Shown here one piece after another: positions 19,985 to 30,347 of a stretch of 64,000 bases of DNA (position 1 is the first letter of the stretch; each line of letters begins with the position of its first letter). The notes under the pieces were generated by a model that was not told the origin of the DNA, searched no databases, and worked only from the letters and a program-made list of their open reading frames with translations. This DNA is from Cenarchaeum sp. (GTDB lineage: Archaea; Thermoproteota; Nitrososphaeria; Nitrososphaerales; Nitrosopumilaceae), in the NCBI GenBank assembly GCA_963692915.1, contig OY843584.1:1536001-1600000 (forward strand), given 5' to 3'. Made by a program: the position numbers and the translations under genes.

Positions 19985-21163
19985 ATGATTCAGGCAGACG
20001 CGCTCAAGGGTGCTGCGATCACGATACTGCAGAAATCGCGCACACCGCTCCATTTTGAGCGCATTGCGGACAGGGCGTTGACCCAAAAAATTATTCTGCT
20101 GGGCGCGAATGTGTTCGATGATTACATGGGTGCCGTACTGCGCCACGATGTGGAACAATACGGCAGCAGATCGGCGTTTGTCAAGACCGCTCCGGGGTAT
20201 TATGGGCTAAACCCGGATCGGGCATCTAATATGCCTGATGCGGAGATGGAAAAATCAATGCCAAAGACCGCCGAGTTCAAAAAAGCAGCGATTCGCATAC
20301 TGCGCGGCTCCCTTGGCTCGCTTCATTTTGGGCACATTGCCTCAAAGGCCATATCTGAAGGCATCATTCAGCCCACTAGCCATACCGTCGCCGCGCTCAT
20401 GGGTGAAGTTCTCCATAACGACATTTTACAAAATGGTGTCAAGTCGCCTTTTGTTACAACAGATAGAGGGTTTTATAGATTAAGACCAAATCATCCTCTT
20501 GCAACAATGCTGTCAACAAAATATCCTAAGCAAACACCAACAAAACCTCATCGTAGGGTTCATCCACAAACGACTGTTAAATTTGGCGTAAGTTTTCCGG
20601 CCAATGTCCAGACTCGTGATCTCTCTATGGCAAAAACAAACACCAAGCCTTCATTTACTCAACAACAATTACATAAATTACCGGCCACATCATTTGGAGA
20701 ATATGTGGGCAAGGGCGGTGAATATCTTGTCGCTAGCAAATTATTCTTTTTAAACTATAACGTGAGCATGCCTGGTGTGGATGTGGGCGCAGATCTACTT
20801 GCTACAAAAGATGGACACTCTCACTACTACATCCAGGTAAAAACAATGTTCAAGAGAAAAAGCACCTACAGAACACGCATTAAAATAAGCAGCTTTAAGA
20901 AACGGGCGTCTAACTGCATGTTCTATGTTTTTGTACTTCGAAGCTTGCGCACAGACCAAACAATTACAGAAAATTTTCTAATATTTTCACATGCAGCACT
21001 AGAAGAACATATGCTGTGTAACCATATAAAGTCAGACGACAAACACCTTTTTCTCGCGTTTAATCAAGATGATGGCCGGTTTTCAATTGGCTCCCATGAC
21101 GACTATATTGACAACCATGTGAACGACTGGAATCTTATCGGCCAGGACGTCGTTGCCTCCTAG
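19985..21163 (+). CDS. Two HARE-HTH-like winged-helix domains fused to a PD-(D/E)xK restriction-endonuclease-like domain
   Basis: Duplicated AAI.IL......LHF..IA..A...F.....G.Y.L unit; C-terminal GKGGEYLV...DVGADLLA...IQVKT; AT-rich 3' half. Confidence 0.8.
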   Translation: MIQADALKGAAITILQKSRTPLHFERIADRALTQKIILLGANVFDDYMGAVLRHDVEQYGSRSAFVKTAPGYYGLNPDRASNMPDAEMEKSMPKTAEFKKAAIRILRGSLGSLHFGHIASKAISEGIIQPTSHTVAALMGEVLHNDILQNGVKSPFVTTDRGFYRLRPNHPLATMLSTKYPKQTPTKPHRRVHPQTTVKFGVSFPANVQTRDLSMAKTNTKPSFTQQQLHKLPATSFGEYVGKGGEYLVASKLFFLNYNVSMPGVDVGADLLATKDGHSHYYIQVKTMFKRKSTYRTRIKISSFKKRASNCMFYVFVLRSLRTDQTITENFLIFSHAALEEHMLCNHIKSDDKHLFLAFNQDDGRFSIGSHDDYIDNHVNDWNLIGQDVVAS

Positions 21164-21241
21164 TTTTTCCAACGTGTTTCGCACGAGCTCGAATTCTGAC
21201 GCCTTTCTCACATCTGCGTCATGCGGTCAATGGTGTGCCGC

Positions 21242-21988
21242 TCAGTATTCTGTGACAACGTCAGGATCGGTGTCTATGGCCTTTCTGAGATACGGGCTCC
21301 CATCGTCCTCTCGTCCAAGACGCACTAGCACAACGTACTTTTCATAATTTATCTTGGCATCATCGGGTCTTATCTCTAGTGCACGATCTAGCGCCTGCAA
21401 CGCCTCGTCATTGCGTTCCATGGTGAGCAACACAGTGCCCTTTATCGCATGAGCCAACACGTGCCTGGCCTCTAGTCCTATGGCGCGCTCTAGGGACTTT
21501 AGCGCCTCGTCATAGCGCTCTTGCATCGCAAGTGCCTGTGCCCTACCCACGTGGAGTCCGGCATATCTTGGGTTTAGCATCAATCCACGCTCAAAGCACT
21601 CTAGACCATCCTCAACCTTGCTCTTGCCGAGCAGGAGATCGCCTAGCAGGCGGTATGCGTTCCAGTGGCCCGGATCAAGCCTTGTTGCGAAGCGCGCCTC
21701 CACCAGCGCTTCGTCGTACTCTCCCGTTGCTGCCAGTGCCGCACCCTTGACAAAGTGTGCGTCTGCGAGATCGGGATCTAGCAATATGGCAGCCTCTGCA
21801 TTCTCGAGAGCCTCCTCGACATAGTCGAGGTGGTACAGGGCAGCGGCCACGTCGATGCGCGCCCTGGCGCTATCGAGGTTCTCCTGCAGCGCGATCTCTG
21901 CCCTGTGAAGCTCTGCGATTGCGGCTCTCCAGCCATCCCTGTCGGCCTCTACGTCCACAACCCCGGGCTGCTCTAGAACTGTCTTCAT
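21242..21988 (-). CDS. TPR repeat protein
   Basis: About six 34-aa repeats (A..LDP..A.A....G..L...G.Y.EAL). Confidence 0.9.
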   Translation of the reverse strand: MKTVLEQPGVVDVEADRDGWRAAIAELHRAEIALQENLDSARARIDVAAALYHLDYVEEALENAEAAILLDPDLADAHFVKGAALAATGEYDEALVEARFATRLDPGHWNAYRLLGDLLLGKSKVEDGLECFERGLMLNPRYAGLHVGRAQALAMQERYDEALKSLERAIGLEARHVLAHAIKGTVLLTMERNDEALQALDRALEIRPDDAKINYEKYVVLVRLGREDDGSPYLRKAIDTDPDVVTEY

Positions 21989-22139
21989 GCAAGGGGATCA
22001 CCGCCCGTTCTATAAAAATTGAACGTGGCCTGTCACGCATGGCAGCAGCACTGACCGCCTTGGCTACCCAACGCGGCCGTATGTCAGGGCGCGCCGGCCC
22101 TGTAAGCTTTATAACGCAATTCCCGGCGCCTCTCGCCGC

Positions 22140-22598
22140 TTGGCATCACCGCAGAACGCGTACGGGATTGGCGTGATGACTGTCATCGTCGCGCTAGTCG
22201 CCGGCTCGGTCTTTTACCAAGAGTTCTACCTACCCGAGTCCTTGGCAAAGCCGTCTGTCGACGAGCACATCCTCCATCCGACCGGATCGTCGACTATTGA
22301 CATGATCGACGGCTCGGCCAACCAGGACCAGGTCGACAACTTTGTGCCAAAGCTCGTCAACATCCAGCTAGGAATAGACAATATAGTCACGTGGACGAAC
22401 TCGGATGAGACAGCGCACACCGTGACGCCTGACCACAGGGTCGCTGACTCGTACAGCGGCACGTTTGGCTCAGTCGGCGTCGTAAAGCCCGGCGAGGCAT
22501 ACGAGTTTATCTTTACAGAGCCACACGAGATAGAGTACCACTGCGAGCCGCACCCGTGGATGACGGGCAAGATTATCATCACAAAGCAGCGCTTCTAG
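22140..22598 (+). CDS. Membrane-anchored plastocyanin-like blue copper protein (third complex III component in Nitrosopumilaceae)
   Basis: N-terminal TM; HTVT and YHCEPHPWM; own TTTATAA box upstream. Confidence 0.9.
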   Translation: MASPQNAYGIGVMTVIVALVAGSVFYQEFYLPESLAKPSVDEHILHPTGSSTIDMIDGSANQDQVDNFVPKLVNIQLGIDNIVTWTNSDETAHTVTPDHRVADSYSGTFGSVGVVKPGEAYEFIFTEPHEIEYHCEPHPWMTGKIIITKQRF

Positions 22599-22933
22599 CC
22601 GCGTGACACAAAGACGACGCCGCTGTCGACCTCCTTGTGCTGCTCTATTATCGCCGCGCGCACGCGAATCTCGTGCGCCTCCTTGATCGCCGGCTCGACT
22701 TTTGCGACAAAGTCCGCAGTTCCATCAGGCATGTCTGCGCTCGGGACAAAGAGCCTGGACTTTGTGCCCGCCTGCGCCTTGCCGTTGCATGACTCGAACG
22801 AGACTAGCGAGTTTGACCCCGTGACCTGCGCGTATATCATGACGCCGTCATGCCTGCCGCCGTAAGTTATAACGACACGCCCGCGCAGCATGTCACCGCC
22901 ACCCTCGTCGACTGACACGGTGCATGCGCCCAT
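22595..22933 (-). CDS. Hypothetical protein
   Basis: 112-aa beta-rich ORF with TTAATTAT box upstream. Confidence 0.6.
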   Translation of the reverse strand: MGACTVSVDEGGGDMLRGRVVITYGGRHDGVMIYAQVTGSNSLVSFESCNGKAQAGTKSRLFVPSADMPDGTADFVAKVEPAIKEAHEIRVRAAIIEQHKEVDSGVVFVSRG

Positions 22934-22980
22934 GGCCGCCACTGCGCGCGTGCCCGATAATTAACCTTGGCGTGTGATCA

Positions 22981-23055
22981 CGGGTCCAGAGGGCTTCGAT
23001 CCCTCGACCATTGGATTAGAAGTCCAACACTCTGTCCATGCTGAGCTATGGACCC
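22981..23055 (-). tRNA. tRNA-Arg (anticodon UCU), intronless
   Basis: Reverse complement GGGTCCATAGCTCAGCATGGACAGAGTGTTGGACTTCTAATCCAATGGTCGAGGGATCGAAGCCCTCTGGACCCG folds as a cloverleaf with CT-TCT-AA loop. Confidence 0.95.
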
Positions 23056-23081
23056 GCCGGCGAGTGCGACCCCGTTTCATT

Positions 23082-23966
23082 TTAAGGGTTTACGGCCCAG
23101 CGGCCATGCGCGTCATCGCGTCCGGCCTTGAAGAGAAACTGTTGCGCATATCCGGCGTACGGGCCATACCTTTTCACAACGGCATCGTGCACATTGGCGT
23201 ACGTGCGCGGCGTGACTCTGGTGATCTTGCCGGCAAGGGACTCCTCGCCCATCGATGCCAGTATGCGGGCCATCCAGCGGTCCAGGGGAAACGCCTCAAG
23301 CCTCTCCAGGGAGAAGAGCATTACACAGTCGGCCACCTTTGATCCCACACCGGGCACTGCGAGGAGCGACTCTAGCGCATCGCCGTATGGCACGCCGCGC
23401 AGCGCACCTAGCTCGAGGCGTCCGGATGCGACCATGTGGGCGGCCCGCCTGACGTACTTTGCGCGATACCCCAGGCCGCATGAGGCAAGGCCGGCGGCAT
23501 TTGCGCGCGCAAGCCTAGAGGGCTCCGGAAAGAGGCAAAACTCGGCGCCCTCATGGCTTGTGCGCTCGCCGTACCTTGCGCAGATGCGGCGCAGCGAGTC
23601 CCTGATCCTCGGTATGCTCGAGTTTGCCGACGTGATGAACGTGATGAGGCACTGGAACGCATCCTGGCGCATGAGGCGCAGGCCCGCCAGGCGCCTCACT
23701 GCGGCACCCACCCTGCGATCGCGCGATATGTCGCGCAGTATGGCCTCAATGTCATCATCCTGCCTGAATATGTCCGGCGCGGCGCCGGCGTGCGAGGAGA
23801 TGCGCGGCCTCGAGCGCGACGAGTCGACCGTTATGGCGTGCGCGCCGTCGACGCCGCGCCAGAGGTGCCCGTCGCGCTCCCAGAGAAAGACCTGCCCGCT
23901 GTTTATGCTCAACTCGACGTCAATGTGCCGCCTAGACGGTGACTGTCTCGTTGGCGACTGCGGCAT
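23082..23966 (-). CDS. ogg: 8-oxoguanine DNA glycosylase/AP lyase (OGG1/AlkA HhH-GPD family)
   Basis: SINSGQVFLW, LRLMRQD, GLGYRAKY, HhH VPGVGSKVADC, FPLDRW, YAGYAQQFLF; start approximate. Confidence 0.9.
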   Translation of the reverse strand: MPQSPTRQSPSRRHIDVELSINSGQVFLWERDGHLWRGVDGAHAITVDSSRSRPRISSHAGAAPDIFRQDDDIEAILRDISRDRRVGAAVRRLAGLRLMRQDAFQCLITFITSANSSIPRIRDSLRRICARYGERTSHEGAEFCLFPEPSRLARANAAGLASCGLGYRAKYVRRAAHMVASGRLELGALRGVPYGDALESLLAVPGVGSKVADCVMLFSLERLEAFPLDRWMARILASMGEESLAGKITRVTPRTYANVHDAVVKRYGPYAGYAQQFLFKAGRDDAHGRWAVNP

Positions 23967-25203
23967 GCGCGTCGAGGCCAAACTTTTCATGGATCTCGCG
24001 CGCAAACGTCTCGCACGACTCGGCATCGCCGTGGACCGTGATGACCTTTGGGCTGCCCTTTATGCGCTTGACCATGTCAAAGAGGTCGGTTCGGCCAGAG
24101 TGGCCAGAGAACTCGAACTTTCTGACCTGTGCGGCCGCCGCGCGTGCCCCGCCGCGAATCTGGACCTTGCCGGTCTCGAGGAGCTTGCGGCCCGGCGTGC
24201 CCTCGCCCTGGTACGACACTAGCGCAATGCCGTTTCGGTCATCAAAGGCGATCTCTTGGAGGTAAAAGACTGCGTTGCCCCCGACTAGCATGCCTGCCGG
24301 AGATATCACGACGCACGGGCCCTCGAGGTTTCTCTTGCGGTCCTCGTGGCTCTTTATGGCGATTGCGTGGCCGACTGCGTCCTCAAAGACCTTTGGATCC
24401 CGCAGATAGTCCTGATTGTCCATGATGATGTCATTGACCTTTAGTGCCATGCCGTCCATGATGACGCGGTGCTCAAAGTTTGCGTTGCGCAGGACGCATG
24501 CAATCTCCTGTGACCTCTCTACTGAGAATGACGGGATGAACAGTATTCCCTTGCGGTCCATGACCTCGCTGGCAAACTCGAGCAGTCCGGCCTCTGACTC
24601 TTTTCTTGGCGGCTGGTCCTTTAGCGCGTACGTGCTCTCCGTTATGAGAAGGTCGATCTCGCCGACGTCAAAGTCAGCCTCGCGCAGCATCCTCGAGCCG
24701 CGCACGTTGACGTCTCCGGTGTAAAAGAGGCGCCTCTTGTCGGCCTCTACGATCACGGTGCTCCCGCCGACGACGTGGCCGGACTCGCGCAGCTCGACTT
24801 GCGCGTCGCCAATCCTGAACGGCTCGCCAAAGGAGTGGTGCGTGACATTGCTCATCATCGCCTTTACCTCGCGCGACTCGTACTGGTGGCGGCCCCTCTC
24901 TATCTTTATCATGTCCTCTATGAGGAGCCTCGAGAGCTCCATCGTCGGCTTTGTCGCATGGACCCCGACGCCGTTGCCGCCTCCGGCAAAGAGGGCCGGC
25001 ACGTTGCCCGAGTGGTCAAGGTGCGCGTGCGTGATGACCGCACCGGCGATGTCCTTTGGCCTGACGTGCGTCGGGTACTGGGGCGGATCGCCACGCCTGC
25101 CAAACATGACGCCATAGTCGAGGAGGAGCTTTGTGGGGCCTGCCTCGACCATGAATGCCGAGCGACCCACCTCACCGGCGGCGCCCAGAACGCTTACGTT
25201 CAC
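23932..25203 (-). CDS. MBL-fold beta-CASP ribonuclease (aCPSF-like)
   Basis: LGAAGEVGRS, THAHLDHSG, GHVVG, YTGD, ITESTY, FSGH, VHGD. Confidence 0.93.
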   Translation of the reverse strand: MNVSVLGAAGEVGRSAFMVEAGPTKLLLDYGVMFGRRGDPPQYPTHVRPKDIAGAVITHAHLDHSGNVPALFAGGGNGVGVHATKPTMELSRLLIEDMIKIERGRHQYESREVKAMMSNVTHHSFGEPFRIGDAQVELRESGHVVGGSTVIVEADKRRLFYTGDVNVRGSRMLREADFDVGEIDLLITESTYALKDQPPRKESEAGLLEFASEVMDRKGILFIPSFSVERSQEIACVLRNANFEHRVIMDGMALKVNDIIMDNQDYLRDPKVFEDAVGHAIAIKSHEDRKRNLEGPCVVISPAGMLVGGNAVFYLQEIAFDDRNGIALVSYQGEGTPGRKLLETGKVQIRGGARAAAAQVRKFEFSGHSGRTDLFDMVKRIKGSPKVITVHGDAESCETFAREIHEKFGLDAHAAVANETVTV

Positions 25204-25318
25204 TGCGTGGAGGCTTCCCCGATCGTGCTTTAAAACCCTCTCTATGAGGCCCCCTCAGGGCCGCCTGCGCCCCCACCTGTCTAAAGCTTTAATTATAGCC
25301 CGATCGGCGGGTTCCCCC

Positions 25319-25537
25319 ATGGGCAGAAGCTACCAAGATTGGCTGAACCAGCAGGATCAGGCACTCGTGGCCAAGGTTAGAGCCGGCGACGAGTCGAACA
25401 AGCCTCTCCTGAACCAGATCAACTGGATCTGGGTTGCCAATCTTATGAACAAAAAGGCAGAACTGAACCCCTCCTCAGCCGAGCTCCTCGACTGGGTGAC
25501 ATCGGGTCAGATCGAAGCCATGAGAAAGAACAAGTAG
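25319..25537 (+). CDS. Small conserved hypothetical protein
   Basis: ATG 25319 below TTTAATTATA box; MGRSYQDWL...INWIWVANLM...; T-tract downstream. Confidence 0.75.
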   Translation: MGRSYQDWLNQQDQALVAKVRAGDESNKPLLNQINWIWVANLMNKKAELNPSSAELLDWVTSGQIEAMRKNK

Positions 25538-25664
25538 ACGTAAACATTATGCGTCCACTATTTTTGAGTGTGTCAGGCACGCTGTGCGCTACTCTGCCAC
25601 AAATAACCCCGTTATAAGATTTCTATTATGGTTTAAATACCTATAGGGGTATTGCAAAGCAACA

Positions 25665-25967
25665 ATGCCAATAGCAATATTGCCTGACGTGGACGAGCAG
25701 AGGTGCATAGGATGCGCACTATGCGTAGAGATATGCACTTCACTCGGACCGGACGTGCTGCGAGTAAAGCCCGTAGAGGGCTGGAAGAGGGGAAAGGCGT
25801 TTGTCTTTTATCCGGAGAGATGCATTTCTGACGGCGCATGCATAGGTGTGTGCCCGACGAAGTCCATCTTTTGGATGAGGCCAATGAACTACACCGCGGG
25901 TCAGCCCGTGCCTCTCCACAAGAACGGCGTGTTCGTGAAGGGCTGGGCAGAAGACGCTGCAAACTAG
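25665..25967 (+). CDS. 2x[4Fe-4S] ferredoxin
   Basis: CIGCALCVEIC and CISDGACIGVCP; TTTAAATA box upstream. Confidence 0.93.
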   Translation: MPIAILPDVDEQRCIGCALCVEICTSLGPDVLRVKPVEGWKRGKAFVFYPERCISDGACIGVCPTKSIFWMRPMNYTAGQPVPLHKNGVFVKGWAEDAAN

Positions 25968-25978
25968 CGAGCTCCCAG

Positions 25979-27511
25979 CTATATCCTTCTTTTTATCTTG
26001 ATCCTAGAGCGGCGTATGCCGCGCGGAACGCTGCGCACGAGCCTTGCAATGCGCGCATCAGTTGCGTCATAGAGTACCGTCGTGATAGAGTTGCCCTCGA
26101 TGATCTTTGCGAGTGACTCGGCGGCATGTTCTGTCACGCCGCCTCCACAGGTTGACGCAAGATGGTGCGCGGCCGGATAAATGTCGCTCAGCTCCAGCGG
26201 GATGATCCCGAGATGGTCATTGAGGAGGCAGATCTGCGTGTCATCACCAAGCGTCTTTTCGAGCCGCAGTATCTCGGGGTCAAGGTAGGCCGGACGCGCA
26301 GACGGCTCGCCGAGTATGCAGAGGCGCGACTTGCGCGTCTTGAACCTGCGGACCATTGCGTGATATGCGCGAACCTCCGGGCGCGCGGCGTCTTCTGGCC
26401 CGAAAAGGAACGCGGCCCTTGCCTTGAAGCGCGGCGTGCCGTATGCCATGCGATCGGCGTTTGCGACAAGCGTCGAGAGCGTGTCATAGAGTCGCGGGTG
26501 CGCGCGCAACTTTTGAAACACGTGCTCCCAGAGCCTGCCGCCGGCTATGGACTCGCGCACGGCGTCGACCTCGGACTTTATCGCATACAGGTTGTGCAGC
26601 GAGAGGAGCGCGCGCAGCGACTCGGCCGGCTCGGCGCGCAGCTCCGAGGGCGTGTGCGACGAGCAGACCTCGCACGCGCACGCGAGGTGGTCCATCGAGT
26701 CTAGCCTGCGCGTGCCGTCTGGCGTGATGTATCGCCCATGCTTTGCGTATAGCGCATAGGATGCCGAGTCAAACGTGTCGCAGCCGAGCGCGACAGAGAA
26801 CGGTATCGTGAGGGGGTGGCCAGAGCCAAAGAGGTGGAGGGGGAGTGATGGCGGTATGGCATCACGCGCGGCCACAATCATTTCGGCTAGGCGCGAATAC
26901 TCGTACTGTTCCATAAACTCCACGGGGCTGCCAAGGGCCATAAACTCGTATCCCATAGATACCAGCTCGCGCGCCGAGCGCCTGACCAGGTCGAGGTGCT
27001 CGCTGCCCTGTATCGTGCCTGTCCAGACCTGGCCGGCGACGTCGGCGGCCTCGAGGGCCTGGCGTGCTGCTGCAAGCGTGTCCCTCACGTGCGCGTGCGC
27101 GGCCCTTCTCGGGAGGCCCAGGCCCGTGGGCCGGTCAAGGGGGACCGCAATGTCTGAGCGTATGGCGCGCTCATAGCCGGCCATCATCTCGGGCACGACG
27201 TCTAGTGCGCCATACTCGAGGACCTGGTATCCGCCCGAGTCCGTCATTATCGCGCCGTCATAGCCGATGATGTCATGTATGCCGCGCCGCTCGGCCTCCT
27301 CGCCGTGGTTTCTCATCGTAATGTACGCGTTTGTTATGACCATCTCAAAGCCCATGCTCTTTAGCTTTGAGGGCGCAATGGCCTGCTTTACGGGATGGAC
27401 GACTGGAACGTACGCCGGCGTTATCACGTCGCCGTGGTTTGTGCGAATCTTTCCAATGCGGGCGCCTAGGTCGGTCTTTAGGACCTCAAAGACTCCGGCT
27501 GCGCGGCTCAA
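25979..27511 (-). CDS. tgtA: tRNA-guanine(15) transglycosylase (archaeosine biosynthesis)
   Basis: ARIGKI.TNHG...TP, MTDSGGYQ, PLHLFG.GHP, GCDTFDSASY, Zn site CACEVC...HN. Confidence 0.93.
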   Translation of the reverse strand: MSRAAGVFEVLKTDLGARIGKIRTNHGDVITPAYVPVVHPVKQAIAPSKLKSMGFEMVITNAYITMRNHGEEAERRGIHDIIGYDGAIMTDSGGYQVLEYGALDVVPEMMAGYERAIRSDIAVPLDRPTGLGLPRRAAHAHVRDTLAAARQALEAADVAGQVWTGTIQGSEHLDLVRRSARELVSMGYEFMALGSPVEFMEQYEYSRLAEMIVAARDAIPPSLPLHLFGSGHPLTIPFSVALGCDTFDSASYALYAKHGRYITPDGTRRLDSMDHLACACEVCSSHTPSELRAEPAESLRALLSLHNLYAIKSEVDAVRESIAGGRLWEHVFQKLRAHPRLYDTLSTLVANADRMAYGTPRFKARAAFLFGPEDAARPEVRAYHAMVRRFKTRKSRLCILGEPSARPAYLDPEILRLEKTLGDDTQICLLNDHLGIIPLELSDIYPAAHHLASTCGGGVTEHAAESLAKIIEGNSITTVLYDATDARIARLVRSVPRGIRRSRIKIKRRI

Positions 27512-28050
27512 TACTCAAAGAACCTCCGCGTGTCCCCGCGCCGGCCAATCTCCTCGAGCCAGTCGACCTCATCACCGGGATACGTCCCGTCTAGCGCGCC
27601 GCGCGCGAGCCGTGCGACCTCTGCGGGATCCCTCCTGGTGCTGTCGACCTGCTTTACTGCGCCCTGCCCAAATGCGGCGAGCGTGTCAGAGGCCACAACG
27701 CCGAGGGCCTCGGCGCCAAGGTTCTCCAGGGACTTGCTGCGATCGTATGCGCGCTCTGCATAGACGCGCTCTAGCTCGTACGGGCTGCGGCGCAGGACCA
27801 CGGCAGCGGCCACTCCTGATGCGCTCAGCGCGTACGGTGCCAGGTGGCCTACGACGAGCGTGCCCTCGGCGGCCTCGGCGTCAAGCTCCTCGCGCAGCCT
27901 CCCCGCATCGACCTCGCCGCCCTCGCCGATGAGGCCGGCCCGCCTTGCGACGCCATTGGCGTCGATGACTTTGAGTCCGGCCCCCTCGCCGAGGATGGCA
28001 GCAACGGTGTGCTTGCCCACCCCTGGGCTGCCCGTGACCACAAGTGACAT
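27508..28050 (-). CDS. Nucleoside monophosphate kinase, AK6/Fap7-like
   Basis: P-loop VTGSPGVGKHT, VVGH, VVLR, C-terminal VDWL. Confidence 0.8.
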   Translation of the reverse strand: MSLVVTGSPGVGKHTVAAILGEGAGLKVIDANGVARRAGLIGEGGEVDAGRLREELDAEAAEGTLVVGHLAPYALSASGVAAAVVLRRSPYELERVYAERAYDRSKSLENLGAEALGVVASDTLAAFGQGAVKQVDSTRRDPAEVARLARGALDGTYPGDEVDWLEEIGRRGDTRRFFEY

Positions 28051-28173
28051 GCAGGCGCTCCCGCACACGCCGCATTAAACAATTTGCTCCTGTGCGCGCG
28101 ATGGGCGCGAGGGACCGACACGGCGCAGGAGGTGATGCAATACTAATATTCAAGAGCGCGCACGCCGAGAGCC

Positions 28174-29358
28174 ATGCAGATCGGCCTCCTCGGAAAGGCC
28201 AATGTCGGCAAGTCGACCTTTTTCTCGGCGGCGACGGCGACTCCGGTCCAGACGGGCAACTTTCCGTTCACGACCATCGAGCCCAACGTGGGCGTGGCGC
28301 ACGTCAGGGCACCTTGCGCGTGCGGCCCGCTAGGCGTCTCCCATGACATGCCCGAGTGCGACAACGGGACGCGCCTCATCCCCATAAAGCTCATCGACGT
28401 CGCCGGCCTCGTTCCAGGCGCGCACGAGGGCCGTGGCCTTGGCAACAAGTTCCTCGATGAGGCGCGCCAGGCCGATGCGCTCATACACGTTATAGACATC
28501 GCCGGCTCGACAGACCTGCAGGGCCAGCCCGTGAGCGCCGGCACGCACGATCCGGCCGAGGACGCGAGGTTTGTAGTCGAGGAGTTTGACCTCTGGTTTG
28601 GCGGCATACTGTTGCGCGAGTGGCCAAAGCTGTCAAAAGAGATAGAGCAGAGGCGCTCAAACCTGGCTGCTGCCGTCGCGCAGAGGCTCAGCGGCCTTGG
28701 CATAGGCGAGGCCCACGTGTCCGCGGCCCTCCAGTCCATCGAGCTGCACACAAAAAAGCCCGCCGAGTGGACTGATGATGACGTGGCACGCCTTGCGCGC
28801 GCGCTGCGCGAGGCCTCCAGGCCCATGGTCATCGCGGCAAACAAGGCCGACCTCCTAGACGGCGAGATTCCCTCAAAGCTAGTCGGCCAAGAAACGATTC
28901 CCTGCAGCTCTGAATCCGAGCTCTTGCTGTGCCGTGCGGCGGCTGCCGGCACAATAGGATACTCGCCCGGTGATGTCTCCTTTGAGGTGACCGGAGACGC
29001 GACACCGCAGCAGCGGGCCGCACTAGACACCGTCGCCGGCGTGCTAGAAAAGCTCGGAGGCACGGGCGTTCAGGCGGCCCTTGACAGGGCAGTCTTTGGT
29101 GCGCTGGGCATGATAGTGGCGTATCCGGTCGAGGACGAGGGCCGCATGTGCGACAAGGACGGCCGCGTCCTGCCAAACGCGCTCCTCCTAGAGCGCGGCT
29201 CGACGGCACTCGACCTCGCAAGAAAGGTCCATGCCGATATAGCCGAGGGGTTTCTCCACGGCATCGACTGCAAGACGGGCAGGCGCATAGGGGCCGACCA
29301 CGTTCTCGCCGACGGTGATGTCATAAAGGTGGTCTCGACGGGAGCCAGGGGCGGCTGA
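28174..29358 (+). CDS. ychF: Obg-family ATPase/GTPase YchF with TGS domain
   Basis: GKANVGKSTFF, FPFTTIEPN, DVAGLVPGA.EGRGLGNKFL, ANKAD, TGS C-terminus. Confidence 0.93.
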   Translation: MQIGLLGKANVGKSTFFSAATATPVQTGNFPFTTIEPNVGVAHVRAPCACGPLGVSHDMPECDNGTRLIPIKLIDVAGLVPGAHEGRGLGNKFLDEARQADALIHVIDIAGSTDLQGQPVSAGTHDPAEDARFVVEEFDLWFGGILLREWPKLSKEIEQRRSNLAAAVAQRLSGLGIGEAHVSAALQSIELHTKKPAEWTDDDVARLARALREASRPMVIAANKADLLDGEIPSKLVGQETIPCSSESELLLCRAAAAGTIGYSPGDVSFEVTGDATPQQRAALDTVAGVLEKLGGTGVQAALDRAVFGALGMIVAYPVEDEGRMCDKDGRVLPNALLLERGSTALDLARKVHADIAEGFLHGIDCKTGRRIGADHVLADGDVIKVVSTGARGG

Positions 29359-30347
29359 TGCGCTGCCTCGGAATCGAGAGCACCGCCCACACGTTCTCGT
29401 GCGCGATACTCGAGACACGCGGGAGGCGCGGGCGCGTTCTTGCCGACGTGCGGCGCGCGTACAGGCCGCCAGACGGCGAGGGGATACACCCGCGCGAGGC
29501 CTCGCGCCACCATGTCGAAGAGAGCTCCGCATGCCTGCGCGAGTGCCTTGAGGAGTCGGGCATGTCGATGCGCGACATTGACGCAATCGCGTATGCTGCC
29601 GGCCCGGGCCTTGGGCCCTGCCTCCGAGTCGGCGCCGTCGTCGCGCGCGCGCTCTCCTCATACCACAAGATCCCGCTATATCCGGTCCACCACGCGATCG
29701 GCCACATCGAGCTCGGCAAGATGCTCACGCGCACAGACGACCCCCTCGTCCTCCTCGTGTCAGGCGGCCACACGATGATACTCGCATACAGCGCGCCGCA
29801 CTGGCGCGTCTTCGGCGAGACGCTCGACATTACGCTGGGCCAGCTCTTTGACCAGTTTGGCCGCTCTTTGGGCCTGGCCTCGCCATGCGGCCAGGAGATC
29901 GAGCGCATCGCGTCGTGGGGTGAAGAGTATTTCGACCTTCCATACACGGTAAAGGGAAACGACGTCTCGTTCTCGGGCATATGCTCGGCGGCAAAGGAGG
30001 CCATCGCCTCTGGCATTGGGCGCAAGTCCGTGTGCCACTCGCTGCAGGAGACTGCGTTTGCGATGGTCTGTGAGGCCACCGAGCGCGCACTCGTCCTGAC
30101 GAAAAAGCGCGAGCTCTTGATCGTCGGAGGCGTTGCCGCCAATGCGCGCCTCTCGCTGATGCTCGATGAGATGTCCAGGCACCATGAATGCCGCGTGGCT
30201 GCTGCCCCAATGCGCTATGCGGGTGACTGTGGATCGCAGATTGCGTGGGCCGGAATGCTAGAGGCCACAGTCTCGCGGCCCGTCAGGCCAGAGGAGGCCG
30301 GGGTTCGCCAGTCGTGGCGCCTAGACGAGGTTCCAATATCATACTGA
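29358..30347 (+). CDS. kae1: KEOPS complex t6A synthase Kae1/TsaD
   Basis: LGIESTAHT, GIHPREASRHH, GPGLGPCL, HHAIGHIE, VSGGHT, GGVAAN. Confidence 0.95.
   Translation: MRCLGIESTAHTFSCAILETRGRRGRVLADVRRAYRPPDGEGIHPREASRHHVEESSACLRECLEESGMSMRDIDAIAYAAGPGLGPCLRVGAVVARALSSYHKIPLYPVHHAIGHIELGKMLTRTDDPLVLLVSGGHTMILAYSAPHWRVFGETLDITLGQLFDQFGRSLGLASPCGQEIERIASWGEEYFDLPYTVKGNDVSFSGICSAAKEAIASGIGRKSVCHSLQETAFAMVCEATERALVLTKKRELLIVGGVAANARLSLMLDEMSRHHECRVAAAPMRYAGDCGSQIAWAGMLEATVSRPVRPEEAGVRQSWRLDEVPISY

Noticed and set aside
23128-24222. Long overlapping ORFs in the GC-rich core (also 6435-7184, 12599-13357, 17610-18419, 29321-30142)
   Set aside because: Antisense to well-supported genes; expected in high-GC sequence
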